Below, in pieces: positions 1 to 10,501 of a stretch of 64,000 nucleotides of DNA. Under the pieces are notes generated by a model, which was not told the origin of the DNA, did no database searches, and was given only the letters and a program-made list of their open reading frames with translations. The DNA comes from Carpediemonas membranifera BICM (taxonomy: Eukaryota > Protista > Fornicata), in contig JAHDYR010000011.1 in NCBI GenBank assembly GCA_019828565.1, positions 195,072 to 259,071 on the forward strand, given 5' to 3'. The translations under genes were made by a program, and so were the position numbers. Within the stretch, counting starts at the first letter, position 1. Each line of letters starts with the position of its first letter.

Positions 1-15
1 GAACTGGAGCCTTCC

Positions 16-921
16 GTGACTACGACGCGCTACTACGGCCACGTGAAGCCTATTTCATCAATCTCACTTCATCCTACCGAAAACATATTTGCCACATGCA
101 CTCCAGCGTCTGTACGCATCTGGGAAGCATCCGCGCATTCAACATACAACAGCATCGGCCAGAGCAACGAGAACGCTGGAATCTCGGTCTCATTTGCGAG
201 TACAGGCCTTGTATTTGCCACAGCTAGCAAGTCTGGACGCATCACCTTTTTCCGTACAGCTGATGCAAAGATTATCCGCACTTTTGACCTCGAATACACC
301 GTTCTCGACATGACACTGACCAATGACGACCAATATTTGGTGCTGTTGACTCCTGAGGCGATCATCTACTATGATTACGACAATATGGCGGAATCAATTA
401 CCCTTCCCCTTCGCGGCAAGGCTTCAAGCTTTAATGTCAGTTCAAACGGGAACGTAATTGCCGCGTTGACGTCGCAAGGTGTCTTTGCGTTTGACATCAG
501 GTACTCGCACAACGCTGTGGCCCACCACACGCCCACCTCGCCCGAGTGCGTTGCTGCCCACGACAGCGGCGCCATTTGCGTCGGAACAGAAAGCGGCGTC
601 GTCTACCTCTACGATGATCCAAAGCAGAAGCCGCTCAAGATTGAAGCGCACGACTGCTCGGTCACGGCTATAGCTTTTAGCGAGAGCAGGCTGGCCACCA
701 GTGGGGGTGGTTTGGCGGTCTGGTCATTGTACGACGAAGAAGCGCTCGTTGTGCAGCAAAAAACGGGGATGGAGCTTAACAACGTTCCTGATGACATGGT
801 AACCCTTGTATCAAGACTCAAAGGCGTTTCTGACAGCCTTCAGATCGTTGCTGAGGCATCTGACATTCTGATGCAGCGGCTTGACGTGATCGAGGCAAGA
901 CTCGAAGCAAAGGGGCTGTGA
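16..921 (+). CDS. WD40-repeat protein with C-terminal coiled coil, POC1-like centriolar protein (5' end probably outside the window)
   Basis: WD repeats (GHVKPISSISLHP...VRIWE; AHDCSVTAIAFS). The C-terminal LQIVAEASDILMQRLDVIEARL resembles the POC1 coiled-coil motif. The frame is open to the window edge. Confidence 0.6.
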   Translation: MTTTRYYGHVKPISSISLHPTENIFATCTPASVRIWEASAHSTYNSIGQSNENAGISVSFASTGLVFATASKSGRITFFRTADAKIIRTFDLEYTVLDMTLTNDDQYLVLLTPEAIIYYDYDNMAESITLPLRGKASSFNVSSNGNVIAALTSQGVFAFDIRYSHNAVAHHTPTSPECVAAHDSGAICVGTESGVVYLYDDPKQKPLKIEAHDCSVTAIAFSESRLATSGGGLAVWSLYDEEALVVQQKTGMELNNVPDDMVTLVSRLKGVSDSLQIVAEASDILMQRLDVIEARLEAKGL

Positions 922-1000
922 AAGACGCTGTTACTTGATTTACATACCGCAAACATAAATGGACTACCGCAAGTTTTACTCTACAACATCATACCGCCGC

Positions 1001-3145
1001 TCAATCAACCTTCAAGTCCGACGGTGAAGTGAGAAGGCCTTTCCGCTCCCTCGGCGTGGCATTTGGGCTCACGAGAGCGTCCAGCTCGCGTTGCTTCAGC
1101 CTAATCTCTTCATGAACCTTCTGGAGCTCTGGGAAACGCCGTTTCGACTTTGGATCGAGTCTCTCATCATTGAGATATGCGTATTCCTCCTCAAGCCGTC
1201 TCGCCTCGCGCCACAGCACGCCGAGGTCACCTTCGATTCGAGCAACTCTGTTAGACATGGTAACCTCATCATCGCTCGGCAACTCATCCGCCCCGACAAG
1301 TTCAGAAGCTGTCCGCCCGTTGATCTTAGGCCTCGTGGCGTGGCTGCTAATCAACAGCCGCGGGATCTGTGGACTCGATCGCCCAAGCGTCGGGGTTGTG
1401 GGAACGGCTGGTGAGCCTGTCGACGTGCCCGCGGTGTTTCCAGCGATATATGTGTCGCTGGAGGGCTCGTCGTCCGTCTCTGACTCCTCAGACGAGGAAA
1501 GTGTGAATGCAACGACCGGATGCGACTCTGACTCCGACTGAGTCGAGTCATCCGGAGAGGAAAACTGGGCCTCGCCCCAGGGGCGCATGTTCTCGGGCTT
1601 GATGTGCTCGCTGAACATCCGAACGACCACGAGCTTAGTCAGGATGCGGGAGTTCCGCTTGGGAATCAGAATCATCTCACGTGCTCTCTGACGTAGTCTT
1701 GGAACTAGATACGGAAGCTCGGGTTCGAGGATCTCGTTAGGCAAGAGGGAAACGTCCTTACGGGCGTAGAAAAGCCTCGTTAAGTCTTCGAGGAGGCCTC
1801 CGACAGTTGGTTCGAACATTAGGCGGCGGTGGCGGGTTACACGCCAGAATCTATGGAGGAAAAAGATATGGAATTTCACCTCATCGATAGGTGTGAGAAG
1901 AATCGGAGTGCACTGCATCTTCTCGACAAAAGATGCGGATCTTCTGATTGAGGCAATCATTGTTCGTATCTCCGGAGTTAGATTCAGTGTCCTATTAGAC
2001 ACAGGCCATGAATCTCCTCTGATGAACCCCAGTGTGACCACTACCACCACAACGCCAGCGGTGCATGCATTAACGAGTGTGAGCCAGATGACCAACAGTG
2101 TGGGCTGGAGGATGGCTGAGCTAAGGCTGGCTACTACAGCTGCGGCGAAGATAAGGTTGATGAGATAGTTCCACCAGACTATGAGGAGGGCAATGGAGAT
2201 AAACTTGGAGCGATAGACGTAGACGAGAGAGACGAAGGGCGCGAGGAGACTCATTAGCGCGATTAGTACTATGATGGAGATCGTCATCGAATATATGGGG
2301 CAGATAACGACAAATGCCCAGATCAGCTTGATAAAGCACCATCCAGCCATCATGTATGCCCACCGTCGGGTAAAGGACGACTGGTAGTGCAGTTTAGCCA
2401 ACCTGACGTCCTCTGACAGCTGGCAGATGTACTCAGCTTCCTTAGATCGGATGTATCTCTCGTGGGAAGTGGGGTCGGCGTGTACGAGCGTCTGGGCGAC
2501 CTGGGAAGCGATGATAAGGGGTGGGATGACTCCGAAGAGCACGACAGTCACCCCGCCGAGGACGGCAAGGTACGTTTCTGTTCCTGAAACAACGGTAATG
2601 TCGCTGGTGACCCAGGTTGTTGTTACCATAGACAGGCCTCGGAACGCTGCTACTAGCACAGGCAAGTAGAGGTACTGGTACAGTGCTACAACCCCACGCT
2701 GGAACAGGTAGACGATAACACGGACCCGCTCGCTCGCCTGGTGGGTGGTGCGGTCCTCGAGGTGCATGATGACGAAAAAGACGATGTACAGGGCCACGAG
2801 AACTGAGGGGATGATCGTGAAGGAGGCGATGTGCGCTGTGGCAACGTAGGGGAGAGTATCGCTCGTCCCGACGTACGTTGAAAGGTTCTCGACGATTGGG
2901 GCTGCAAAGCCGGTTATGTCCAGGTTTGCAAGCAGGATGTACTTTGTCCAATACAGCCAAGAGTATGGAAAGATGGAACCGGTGCCAGACCAGGCCTTGG
3001 AACGTCCTATCCAGTGGAGGAGCGCGAATATCTGCATTGCGAGTAATATGAGGTGCAAGCGATCACTAAAGTAATGTGAAACGGCGTGTGAGCGCCAAAA
3101 CTTTCTTTCAAAGATAGACTTCCTGTCTTTTGGCATGTGGGGCAA
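1001..3145 (-). CDS. Multi-pass membrane protein with acidic/Ser-rich linker and C-terminal coiled coil, function unknown
   Basis: 714 aa ORF with many hydrophobic helices in the N-terminal ~375 aa. Confidence 0.75.
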   Translation of the reverse strand: MPHMPKDRKSIFERKFWRSHAVSHYFSDRLHLILLAMQIFALLHWIGRSKAWSGTGSIFPYSWLYWTKYILLANLDITGFAAPIVENLSTYVGTSDTLPYVATAHIASFTIIPSVLVALYIVFFVIMHLEDRTTHQASERVRVIVYLFQRGVVALYQYLYLPVLVAAFRGLSMVTTTWVTSDITVVSGTETYLAVLGGVTVVLFGVIPPLIIASQVAQTLVHADPTSHERYIRSKEAEYICQLSEDVRLAKLHYQSSFTRRWAYMMAGWCFIKLIWAFVVICPIYSMTISIIVLIALMSLLAPFVSLVYVYRSKFISIALLIVWWNYLINLIFAAAVVASLSSAILQPTLLVIWLTLVNACTAGVVVVVVTLGFIRGDSWPVSNRTLNLTPEIRTMIASIRRSASFVEKMQCTPILLTPIDEVKFHIFFLHRFWRVTRHRRLMFEPTVGGLLEDLTRLFYARKDVSLLPNEILEPELPYLVPRLRQRAREMILIPKRNSRILTKLVVVRMFSEHIKPENMRPWGEAQFSSPDDSTQSESESHPVVAFTLSSSEESETDDEPSSDTYIAGNTAGTSTGSPAVPTTPTLGRSSPQIPRLLISSHATRPKINGRTASELVGADELPSDDEVTMSNRVARIEGDLGVLWREARRLEEEYAYLNDERLDPKSKRRFPELQKVHEEIRLKQRELDALVSPNATPRERKGLLTSPSDLKVD

Positions 3146-3287
3146 ACGCGCCCGTTATGATCTTTCAAAAGTGCTAAAAACTGCACTGCTCCCAAGGCAG
3201 GCGTCTGGACGACTATATCAGCGTGGGCAGACTACATGACCCGTGATCGTAATGTGCAGTTTTAGGACAGTCGAAACACGAGGCCGG

Positions 3288-4183
3288 ATGAAGTTCAACG
3301 TCGCATTCGCCACTGGTGAGTCTCTAGAGAGCTTTGTTTGTTTGTTCCGCTCGTTTCACCTTACTCAGCGCTCCTAAAGTACTTCAGCACGTTCAGCTGC
3401 GACATAATCAACTGCACCTTCGGACCAGATGACTATGGCGTGATTTTCGAGGGTAATTCCTCTACCAACGTCCAGATCAACTGCCGTGCACACGTTTCAT
3501 CCTTCTTCCAGCAATATTCCGTTCAATCCCGCTACCAGAACCTAGTCGGCTTTCAAATCGAGACCACAGCGTTCATTCGCGCGCTCAAGGTCCAACCAAA
3601 CACCACAGTCCGCTTCCAACTGGCCATCAGCAACAGCAGCAGCGGCCCTAAGCCCCTGCTCCGCATCATGCACAAGGAGGGCAGCTCCACGGATAAGCAT
3701 GAGATAACAGTCGCCCTGCTGATTGACGATGCCATTGAGCGGATCAGAACGGAGAACGCGCCCGACGGTGTGGTGGGTCTCTTTCTCCCAAAGATTGAAT
3801 CCGTGCTTCATGTCGCAAAGGTGATGCTCAAGAACGACCCCGTCATGAAGCTCTTGTTCGACCGCGATGAGGCCTCTCTGACTCTATCTACCGAGTCAAC
3901 GATGGTCAATATGGAGACCACCTTTGACAACATCGCTCAGTGTGACGTAATGAGCGAAGACGCCGAAGCCAACCCGACCATTGCCAACGAAGTGCCTGCC
4001 CAAGTCAAGGGAAAGGTGCACTGCAAGGACATCGTCCCCGCTCTCGACCTGGCGGATCTGAGGCCGACCGATGTCATCATGTCTTTTATTGAGACTGGCC
4101 AGGTGTGGTTATTGGCCATGCTGCCCTCTGGATCGGGTCCAGCCCAGATCCTGACTGTATGCCTGCCTAGAGCTGGCCGTTGA
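3288..4183 (+). CDS. HUS1: HUS1, 9-1-1 checkpoint clamp subunit; one intron 3316-3368
   Basis: ATG at 3288 (MKFNVAF) splices in frame via GTGAGT...TCAG into the 3338 ORF. Motifs FFQQYSVQS, FIRALK, HEITVALL, LFLPKI, LTLSTESTMVNMETTF follow the HUS1 pattern. Confidence 0.75.
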
Positions 4184-4279
4184 TGTCATCGTATGAGACC
4201 AGAGCCATTTACATGCATGTATACGTATAAAAACACAAATTTAACAAGAGAGGAGGTAGGCTGGCGAGCAGTGAGCAGA

Positions 4280-5557
4280 CTAGAACCGTGTCCCATGAGC
4301 ATGAACATGAGCATGCCTCGACCCATGCGGCCGGGGCGAGCACAGCATCGTGGTGCTGTTGTGCTTCAGCGGGCTGGGTGCGACTGGCGGGGAGGGTGTT
4401 TCGACAACGACCCGTGGACTCTCGGGACTGATGTATTCGCCAGAGAAGCCGGTTGACGTCGAGAACGTGTTTCTTTCGAGTGAAGGCAGGCGGGCGACAG
4501 AAGGCGACCTGACGCTGACGATGGGCACTGCGTCCGTGTGTGCCGTGGGTGACGTGACCGACGGCAGGTGCACCTGGTTCAGCGAAGAAGGCCGACGCAG
4601 ATTAGGGTCCGAAACACACGAGGGGCGGCGCATGAGCCTTTGGTCTCTGGAGTAGAGGGCTGTAGTGGGCTGGTAGGGCATGGGAGGGTGGGTTTGGCTC
4701 CAGTCGTATTCAGTGGAGATCGGGAGGCTGCGGGCCCGCATCTCCTCGACGAAGAAGGACTGGATGCGTTCGTGGTCAGCTTTCTCAGTGAAGGCGAGGC
4801 CCTTGATGTAGTTGAGGAGACGCTCGAAGCAAGAGGGAAGACCTGAGGTGAGCGTGTCGTGCGTGGTGCACATCGCCTTCATCTCGCCGATCCTTTCTCT
4901 GTCCTTGAGCCTGCGCCAGGGCAGGAAGCCCGTGAGCATCTCGATCATGAGGTAGAGGAGAGACCAATAGTCGTCCCGGATCGAGAGGTCCTTGCACTGG
5001 TGGGAGGCGACGGAGGCGTATCTAGCAGTGCCCCTGAAGCCTGGGTTCTTGCGGGCTGGCAGGATGTTGCCCTCAGCGTCGGTGTTCTTGCGGGCCAGGC
5101 CGAAGTCGATGATGTAGACCCGATTGTTGCCGTGGCCGAGGACAAAGTTCGAGGGCTTGATGTCACGGTGGATGTATCCTGCGGCATGGACGTCCTTCAT
5201 GCAGGCGACCATCGAGATGCCGAGCTTGAGGACGGTGGTGAGTGAAAAGCGTTGCTCTGGTCTGGATTTGCGCAATACGCCGAGATTGGTGCCGCACATC
5301 TCCTCAATGAGGAAGTTGTAGGAGCGTGTGGTACCGCACGTGATGTAGGCAGGGACAGAGGGGCACTTCCGAACCTTTCGCATGAAAGCAACCTCGATCT
5401 TGAGAACAGATCTTTTGCTATCCCGTCTTTCCAGCTTTGCTGCGTATAGTTGGCCGCTTTCTAAGTCACTGACGCAATATATTGAGCCAAAAGCGCCTTG
5501 ACCGAGCGGCTTGACGATTTTCCATCGATCCTTGAGAATAGAGTTGTTTGCGAGCAT
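4280..5557 (-). CDS. Casein kinase 1 group / tau-tubulin kinase-like Ser/Thr kinase
   Basis: GQGAFG, HRDIKPSNF, IIDFGLA, FRGTARYAS motifs. Confidence 0.9.
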   Translation of the reverse strand: MLANNSILKDRWKIVKPLGQGAFGSIYCVSDLESGQLYAAKLERRDSKRSVLKIEVAFMRKVRKCPSVPAYITCGTTRSYNFLIEEMCGTNLGVLRKSRPEQRFSLTTVLKLGISMVACMKDVHAAGYIHRDIKPSNFVLGHGNNRVYIIDFGLARKNTDAEGNILPARKNPGFRGTARYASVASHQCKDLSIRDDYWSLLYLMIEMLTGFLPWRRLKDRERIGEMKAMCTTHDTLTSGLPSCFERLLNYIKGLAFTEKADHERIQSFFVEEMRARSLPISTEYDWSQTHPPMPYQPTTALYSRDQRLMRRPSCVSDPNLRRPSSLNQVHLPSVTSPTAHTDAVPIVSVRSPSVARLPSLERNTFSTSTGFSGEYISPESPRVVVETPSPPVAPSPLKHNSTTMLCSPRPHGSRHAHVHAHGTRF

Positions 5558-6045
5558 CTTTGCCGAAGAAAGTGAGTGTATAAGGGAGGCAGATGCAAGC
5601 TTGTGAGGATTGCGGGGAGAATGGATCTGCGGACTTCCTGGGAAGGCCGATTTGCTGCAATGACTACGACTGAACGCGAAGTCATCTCACGCAGCAGTCG
5701 AGAATCGGGAGCAAATCGAAGTTGATGCGCCCCCCATGGCGCCCCAGGGCAACCGGACAGCCGGTCAATTGTTTTCTTTCATTGTCGACGGGAGAAAATG
5801 ATGGACAAAGTAGCGAATGAGTCGTCTTCCAAAAAGATTCAGCAGAAATTGGAGGCAATAAGAAGATTTCCCTCCATCACTTGAAGCTCTCATGGCTCCA
5901 AGTGCGAATATGCGAAGGATTTGTTTTGGATATCGCAGATAGACAATTGATGCAAGGAAAGTGCTTGACAAAGTTTGACCAATCATTTTTCTCTCAACTG
6001 CCATGACATGTTGTTAAAAATAATTTACTATCTGTGCCTCCCAAC

Positions 6046-7921
6046 TCAATCAAGAGATGCGAACATGTCCGTGGCGCAAATGTTGAGGGTGGCGCATGAC
6101 ACGGGCATCGCGGGGTCTGGAATACGACGGGGTGTGGGCGCGGCAGACGTGGCCTCGACCTTGAGGCCGGTGCCAGCGACAGCCTTCTCCACACGCTCGA
6201 CATAGTGCTCGGCGACTTGGAGAGAGTTGCTGAACTTGTCATAGCGGATGTCCTGGCCGGCAGTGACGCCCATAGTAGACATGTCAATGACATGATCGTA
6301 GAAGCGAGCAAGGGTGGCCTCAACCTTCTCACGGAAGAGATCGCGGGTGCCGTCGCAGAAGGTGAGGAGGGATCGCCCAGCAGAGATAATCATTTGATTA
6401 GCTCCGAAGAGGGGGCCGACGGTGACCTCATCGAGCGTAACAGTGAGAGGAGCGAACCCCTGAACAGTCAGACGGTCGTAAAGCGCGCGATACTCGTCGC
6501 GGATGGCCTGCTGGGCCTGGGAGACAGACATGCCGCCTGGGAGCTCGCCAACAGTGTGGAGGAAGGAAGCTACGTCGCTCGGGACTGCTACGAGGTGGGT
6601 GGGGCGTGGGCAGAGCGGGGGCGGGGCATACGGGGCCCGCCTGGAGTCGACGGTGAGCGGCTCGCGGTGGACCACCTGAGAGGCACAGTGGACCGAGCCG
6701 TAAAGGGAGGTGATGGCGCGGAACTGGATGGGGTGGATGCTTCCGCCGTCCTCGACGAAGGTAGGGGAGCGGGTTATGGCAAGTCCTGAGGGTTCGTGGA
6801 CTGAAATGAGCTTGTTGTTGCCGAGGTTAAGGATGTTGACACCGTAAGCAAGCTGCTGCTCGTCAGTAAGAGGGATAATCTCGAAACCGAGCTGCTTGAC
6901 GTAGGCGGAGAGCTCGACGTCGTGGCGAGCCAGGCTAACGTTGTGCTTGCCGTCTTCGGTACGCTCGATGATCCATTCATCGACCAGGCGACGCCTGTCG
7001 ACGTCACCGATGATGCTCTCACACATCACCATCGTGCGGTCAGAGGTTACGTTGCTCGTGCAGTCGAGGTGCATTCGGTCCTGGCCCCGGTCGAAGAGAT
7101 CCTTGACGATGGCGACACGGCAAGTATTAGCCTCGCCCTGGGCGGGGCCGAGCCACCCCTGCCTGGCCATGTGGAGTACGGCCTCCACGTTGCTACGGAG
7201 GCCGACGCCGACCATGCATAGGCCCGGGATGGCAGGGATGAAGTCACCGCCCTCGAGGTGGAGTGGATCATGGAGACGTCCGAGGACGTTCAGCCCAAGC
7301 TTCTTGAAGGCGAACTCCATGACGTCGACCTCGTCTCTCCTCTGGGGCGAGTTGAGGTTACCCATGACGATGCCCTTGGGTGTAGTGACTTGTTGGTCTC
7401 TGGTAAAGACCATGTTGCCCAGGGGACGGCATTGGACCTTAGTCATGATCAGAGCGGTGTTACGGTCGGCCTTCTTGAGGGTGATGCGAGGGCAGAGCAT
7501 AATTGTGTCGATCACTTGCTCGACGCACATGGATTCAATGACACTGCGCTTATAAGAGTCGGAGATGTAGAACATGTCGTCAGCGCTCATGGTGGCCATG
7601 GACTCGGGTTCAAGCTCGTACTGGAGGCGCTTCATGGCAAGATCCTGGAGGGCTGCGCGGGCAACAAGGTCGGTGTCGAAGTCCATCTCGAGGATCTCAC
7701 GAACGGTGTACACCTTGCAGCCATGCTCACGAAGAACACGTCGGAACTCAGCGTGCTGTGCTCTTGACTCCTGGAGATTGATCGGCTTCTCAAAGAGCTG
7801 TGTGATGTGTACGGAGGAGACAAACGTTGCCTTCGGGATGGAGAGAGCCAAGCATAACGGGAATGCCGGGACTGTGCGTGATAACAATCTTAGCAATGTC
7901 GTTCTCCTGCAGCTGAGTCAT
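6046..7921 (-). CDS. ADI: Arginine deiminase (metamonad type); intron 7798-7825
   Basis: FTRD, LEGGDF, MHLDC and GSVHCASQ catalytic motifs. The spliced N-terminus MTQLQENDIAKIVITHSPG...SLHPEGN|LFEKP resembles Giardia/Trichomonas ADI. Confidence 0.92.
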
Positions 7922-8192
7922 CTTTCTGTCGTTTCGTTTTCGTTCTGGAGAAGTCGCGACCGCTCAAGACCGATCAAGACCAAGATATCTGCCGATCGAT
8001 CGACCCAGGAGACGTCTAATCGCAGGTAGTGTCACGTGTCGGGCCTGTCTCTGGCCTCGGTGTCGTGATCACCAATCAAATCAGGACGGCAGAAGAATCA
8101 AATCGGAAAACAATGCCCTTTACAAGTGTTACATGCCACCGTCTACACCACTACGCCCAGCCTTCCATCCCATCAGAGGAGCTCAAGTCTGC

Positions 8193-8894
8193 TCACGCCT
8201 CCCCGTCCTCGATCCTACCCAGCCGACGAAGCACACTGATGACCTTAGGGGTCCTCTTAGGATCATGCATGGCCTTATTGACAGCCTTGGTGGGGTCAAC
8301 CGTTCCCTGATTCATTCTCAAGATCACACGGTTCAACTCAGACGCTGAAGCGGCTCCAGACATGTATGAGGGTAGTGACCTGACCTCCTCGACAGACACT
8401 GGAGGAATGTAATTCCCTGCGAAGGTTGACGATGTCATGGGGGTGGTGGTGAGGTCGGTGGGGGTCGCTGAGAGCGCGGAGAAAGAGGAGAGTGATGGGG
8501 AGTGGGGGAGGGGTGCAGGGCGCCTGGTAATACGCGACGCAGCGATCTTCCGAAGGTCTGCGGGTCGTTTTGAAGCGAAGGGAGAGTGGTGAGGCTCTGA
8601 TGGGACGCCGAGGTCTTCTTCTGTGAGGGCATCCTGCTGACTGATAGTGGAAGCACTGTCTTCATCAATAATCTTCTGGCGCAAGAGGTCCTCGCTCGGG
8701 GTACGGGAGTGCTCGGTGGAATTCTTGGCTTCAGCAAGCGTACGGTCAATGATATTCATGGCATGGGTAATCTCTTCACCAAAGTTCCCATAGATGCTGT
8801 GAAGTATGTCAGCAGAGGCCTGCAGAGCCTCCAATGGCGATGGTTGCATCTCATAAACTGCGCGATGGCTAGATCTCGGCCCAGAGGCTGCCAC
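8193..8894 (-). CDS. Putative SKA-complex subunit (Ska1/Ska3-type C-terminal domain)
   Basis: C-terminal PPVSVEEVRSLPSYMSG...ELNRVILRMN...VLRRLGRI resembles the Ska winged-helix pattern (V..EE..SLP.YM...LN..I..IN...LR.L.RI). It follows an N-terminal helix and a disordered linker. Confidence 0.55.
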   Translation of the reverse strand: MAASGPRSSHRAVYEMQPSPLEALQASADILHSIYGNFGEEITHAMNIIDRTLAEAKNSTEHSRTPSEDLLRQKIIDEDSASTISQQDALTEEDLGVPSEPHHSPFASKRPADLRKIAASRITRRPAPLPHSPSLSSFSALSATPTDLTTTPMTSSTFAGNYIPPVSVEEVRSLPSYMSGAASASELNRVILRMNQGTVDPTKAVNKAMHDPKRTPKVISVLRRLGRIEDGEA

Positions 8895-9044
8895 AGAGCT
8901 AATCCTGGCAGTCTCAGCTCAGCGCATGATGCCATACAGCACTCAAGCAAGCATACAATTTCCATCCCTGTCCGGTCTTCCTTTACCCAGCATCACAACA
9001 CCAAGTGTTGCCTCGATGATTTCAGTCACCCCCCCCACTCAACA

Positions 9045-9386
9045 TTACCCACCGTGGATGGAAGAGAGGAAGGTGACGACGTCACCGGCCTTCACGACGG
9101 TGTTCACGCCGTCTTCAATCTCGATGTCGCAGTCATTGATAAGCACGAGGATTCCAGCCCTTCTATGTGATTCTACGATGTCCAAACATACATAATGTTG
9201 CCCTCGATCAGCGCGGTATTCCCATCCTTGTCCTTCAGGGAATGAGCAAGGGCAAGAACGGTAACACCGGGCTCAATGGGAACCGTCGCATCCCGAGTAC
9301 CGAAATCAAGCTCCAAGCCTGCTCTTGGTAAGAATCTCAGCTTATGTGCTCTGTACATACCTATATTCCACCTTGACTGTTGCCAT
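9045..9386 (-). CDS. URM1: Ubiquitin-related modifier Urm1; introns 9324-9360 and 9163-9191
   Basis: Splicing gives MATVKVEYRAGLELDFG...NIIRAGILVLINDCDIEIEDGVNTVVKAGDVVTFLSSIHGG*, with the Urm1 GILVLIND and terminal HGG motifs. It is not visible as one ORF in the track. Confidence 0.9.
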
Positions 9387-9517
9387 TGCTTCTTGTCCAA
9401 GAGGGTCCATGTAGGTCGAGTCTAAACCGAGACTCGCGCCCCCGCCTGCCACAGGAGCGAGTGTGGGGCTGCTGGCCAGTCTGCTAGCCCGAAACCCGCA
9501 CTCCGCAGTTTAGCCCA

Positions 9518-10252
9518 ATGGAAGTGAATCGCAACCGTACCCAGAAATACAGCATCCTTCGGGCATTTTATAAGGTGCTGGACCAAAAGGGGCAGATCTA
9601 CTTGTGGAAACGGAAAAGTACCGCCATCAGGGGCCACGAGTTCGCGAAAGAAATTGATGTGTTTGCCAATAACGAAGAGTCTCACCTCTCAAAGATCTTG
9701 CAGAAGTTCTCTGCTACTCTCAAGGATGTTGAAGCACTTAGGGATGAGCAAAATCAGCGGATACAGAAAGCTGTCCACGATAGCTTCGACATGAGCCAAA
9801 ATTTCGACGACCTTCTCAAAATTCTGAAGCTGCATAAGGCCGCCATCACCGCCAACGCGCGAGGAGGGTCGGGCAAGATGACTGATACGAAGCAGGCCGT
9901 TGATTCGAACAACACCCTTCTGATCCAAAGAGCGGCAGCTTTTGAGTCGACCAAATATGAAAGCATCAAACACATGCTTCAGGTCTGGTGCCACGCTGAG
10001 CTCACCCACGCCGCCCGCACGCTTGAGTTATACAGCGAGCTTTCACGGCAGGTCGACACCATGGACAGCGCCTTTGGCCTTGAAACTCTTCGAACAGAGT
10101 TGAAACACCTTGAGGCTGACCCGTCAACACTAGATGAGCTGATGAGGCCGCCGACTGGGGTGATGAGGAACACCACTAAGGTTGGGTCTTCTTCTCATGC
10201 GCGAGAGGCGCTGTCGCCCGCCACAACTAGGATGGCACGGACTACACGGTGA
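9518..10252 (+). CDS. FAM92/CIBAR-like BAR-domain ciliary protein
   Basis: All-helical protein with FESTKYESIKHML...HAELTHAARTLELYS, matching the FAM92 C-terminal helix pattern. Confidence 0.65.
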   Translation: MEVNRNRTQKYSILRAFYKVLDQKGQIYLWKRKSTAIRGHEFAKEIDVFANNEESHLSKILQKFSATLKDVEALRDEQNQRIQKAVHDSFDMSQNFDDLLKILKLHKAAITANARGGSGKMTDTKQAVDSNNTLLIQRAAAFESTKYESIKHMLQVWCHAELTHAARTLELYSELSRQVDTMDSAFGLETLRTELKHLEADPSTLDELMRPPTGVMRNTTKVGSSSHAREALSPATTRMARTTR

Positions 10253-10501
10253 TGGTTGAACTGAGCGCATATGGTAAATTAGCAGGGCTGGCTGGTGTGG
10301 CTGTGGATGAATGGGTGACCCGGTGGTGTGAACGCTATTCCCCTCATCATGGTGCTGGAACCCTGACCGCCAAACCCAGGAGCAAGGGAGGGAACCAAAC
10401 CACCAGTTTCAACGCGCGCCAGGACTACAACTGCACCGCTTTGGGACAAACCCTGCAGTGGGCTATCCTGCGTAGTGAAGAGTGCGCGCGGGAACCTCAT
10501 C

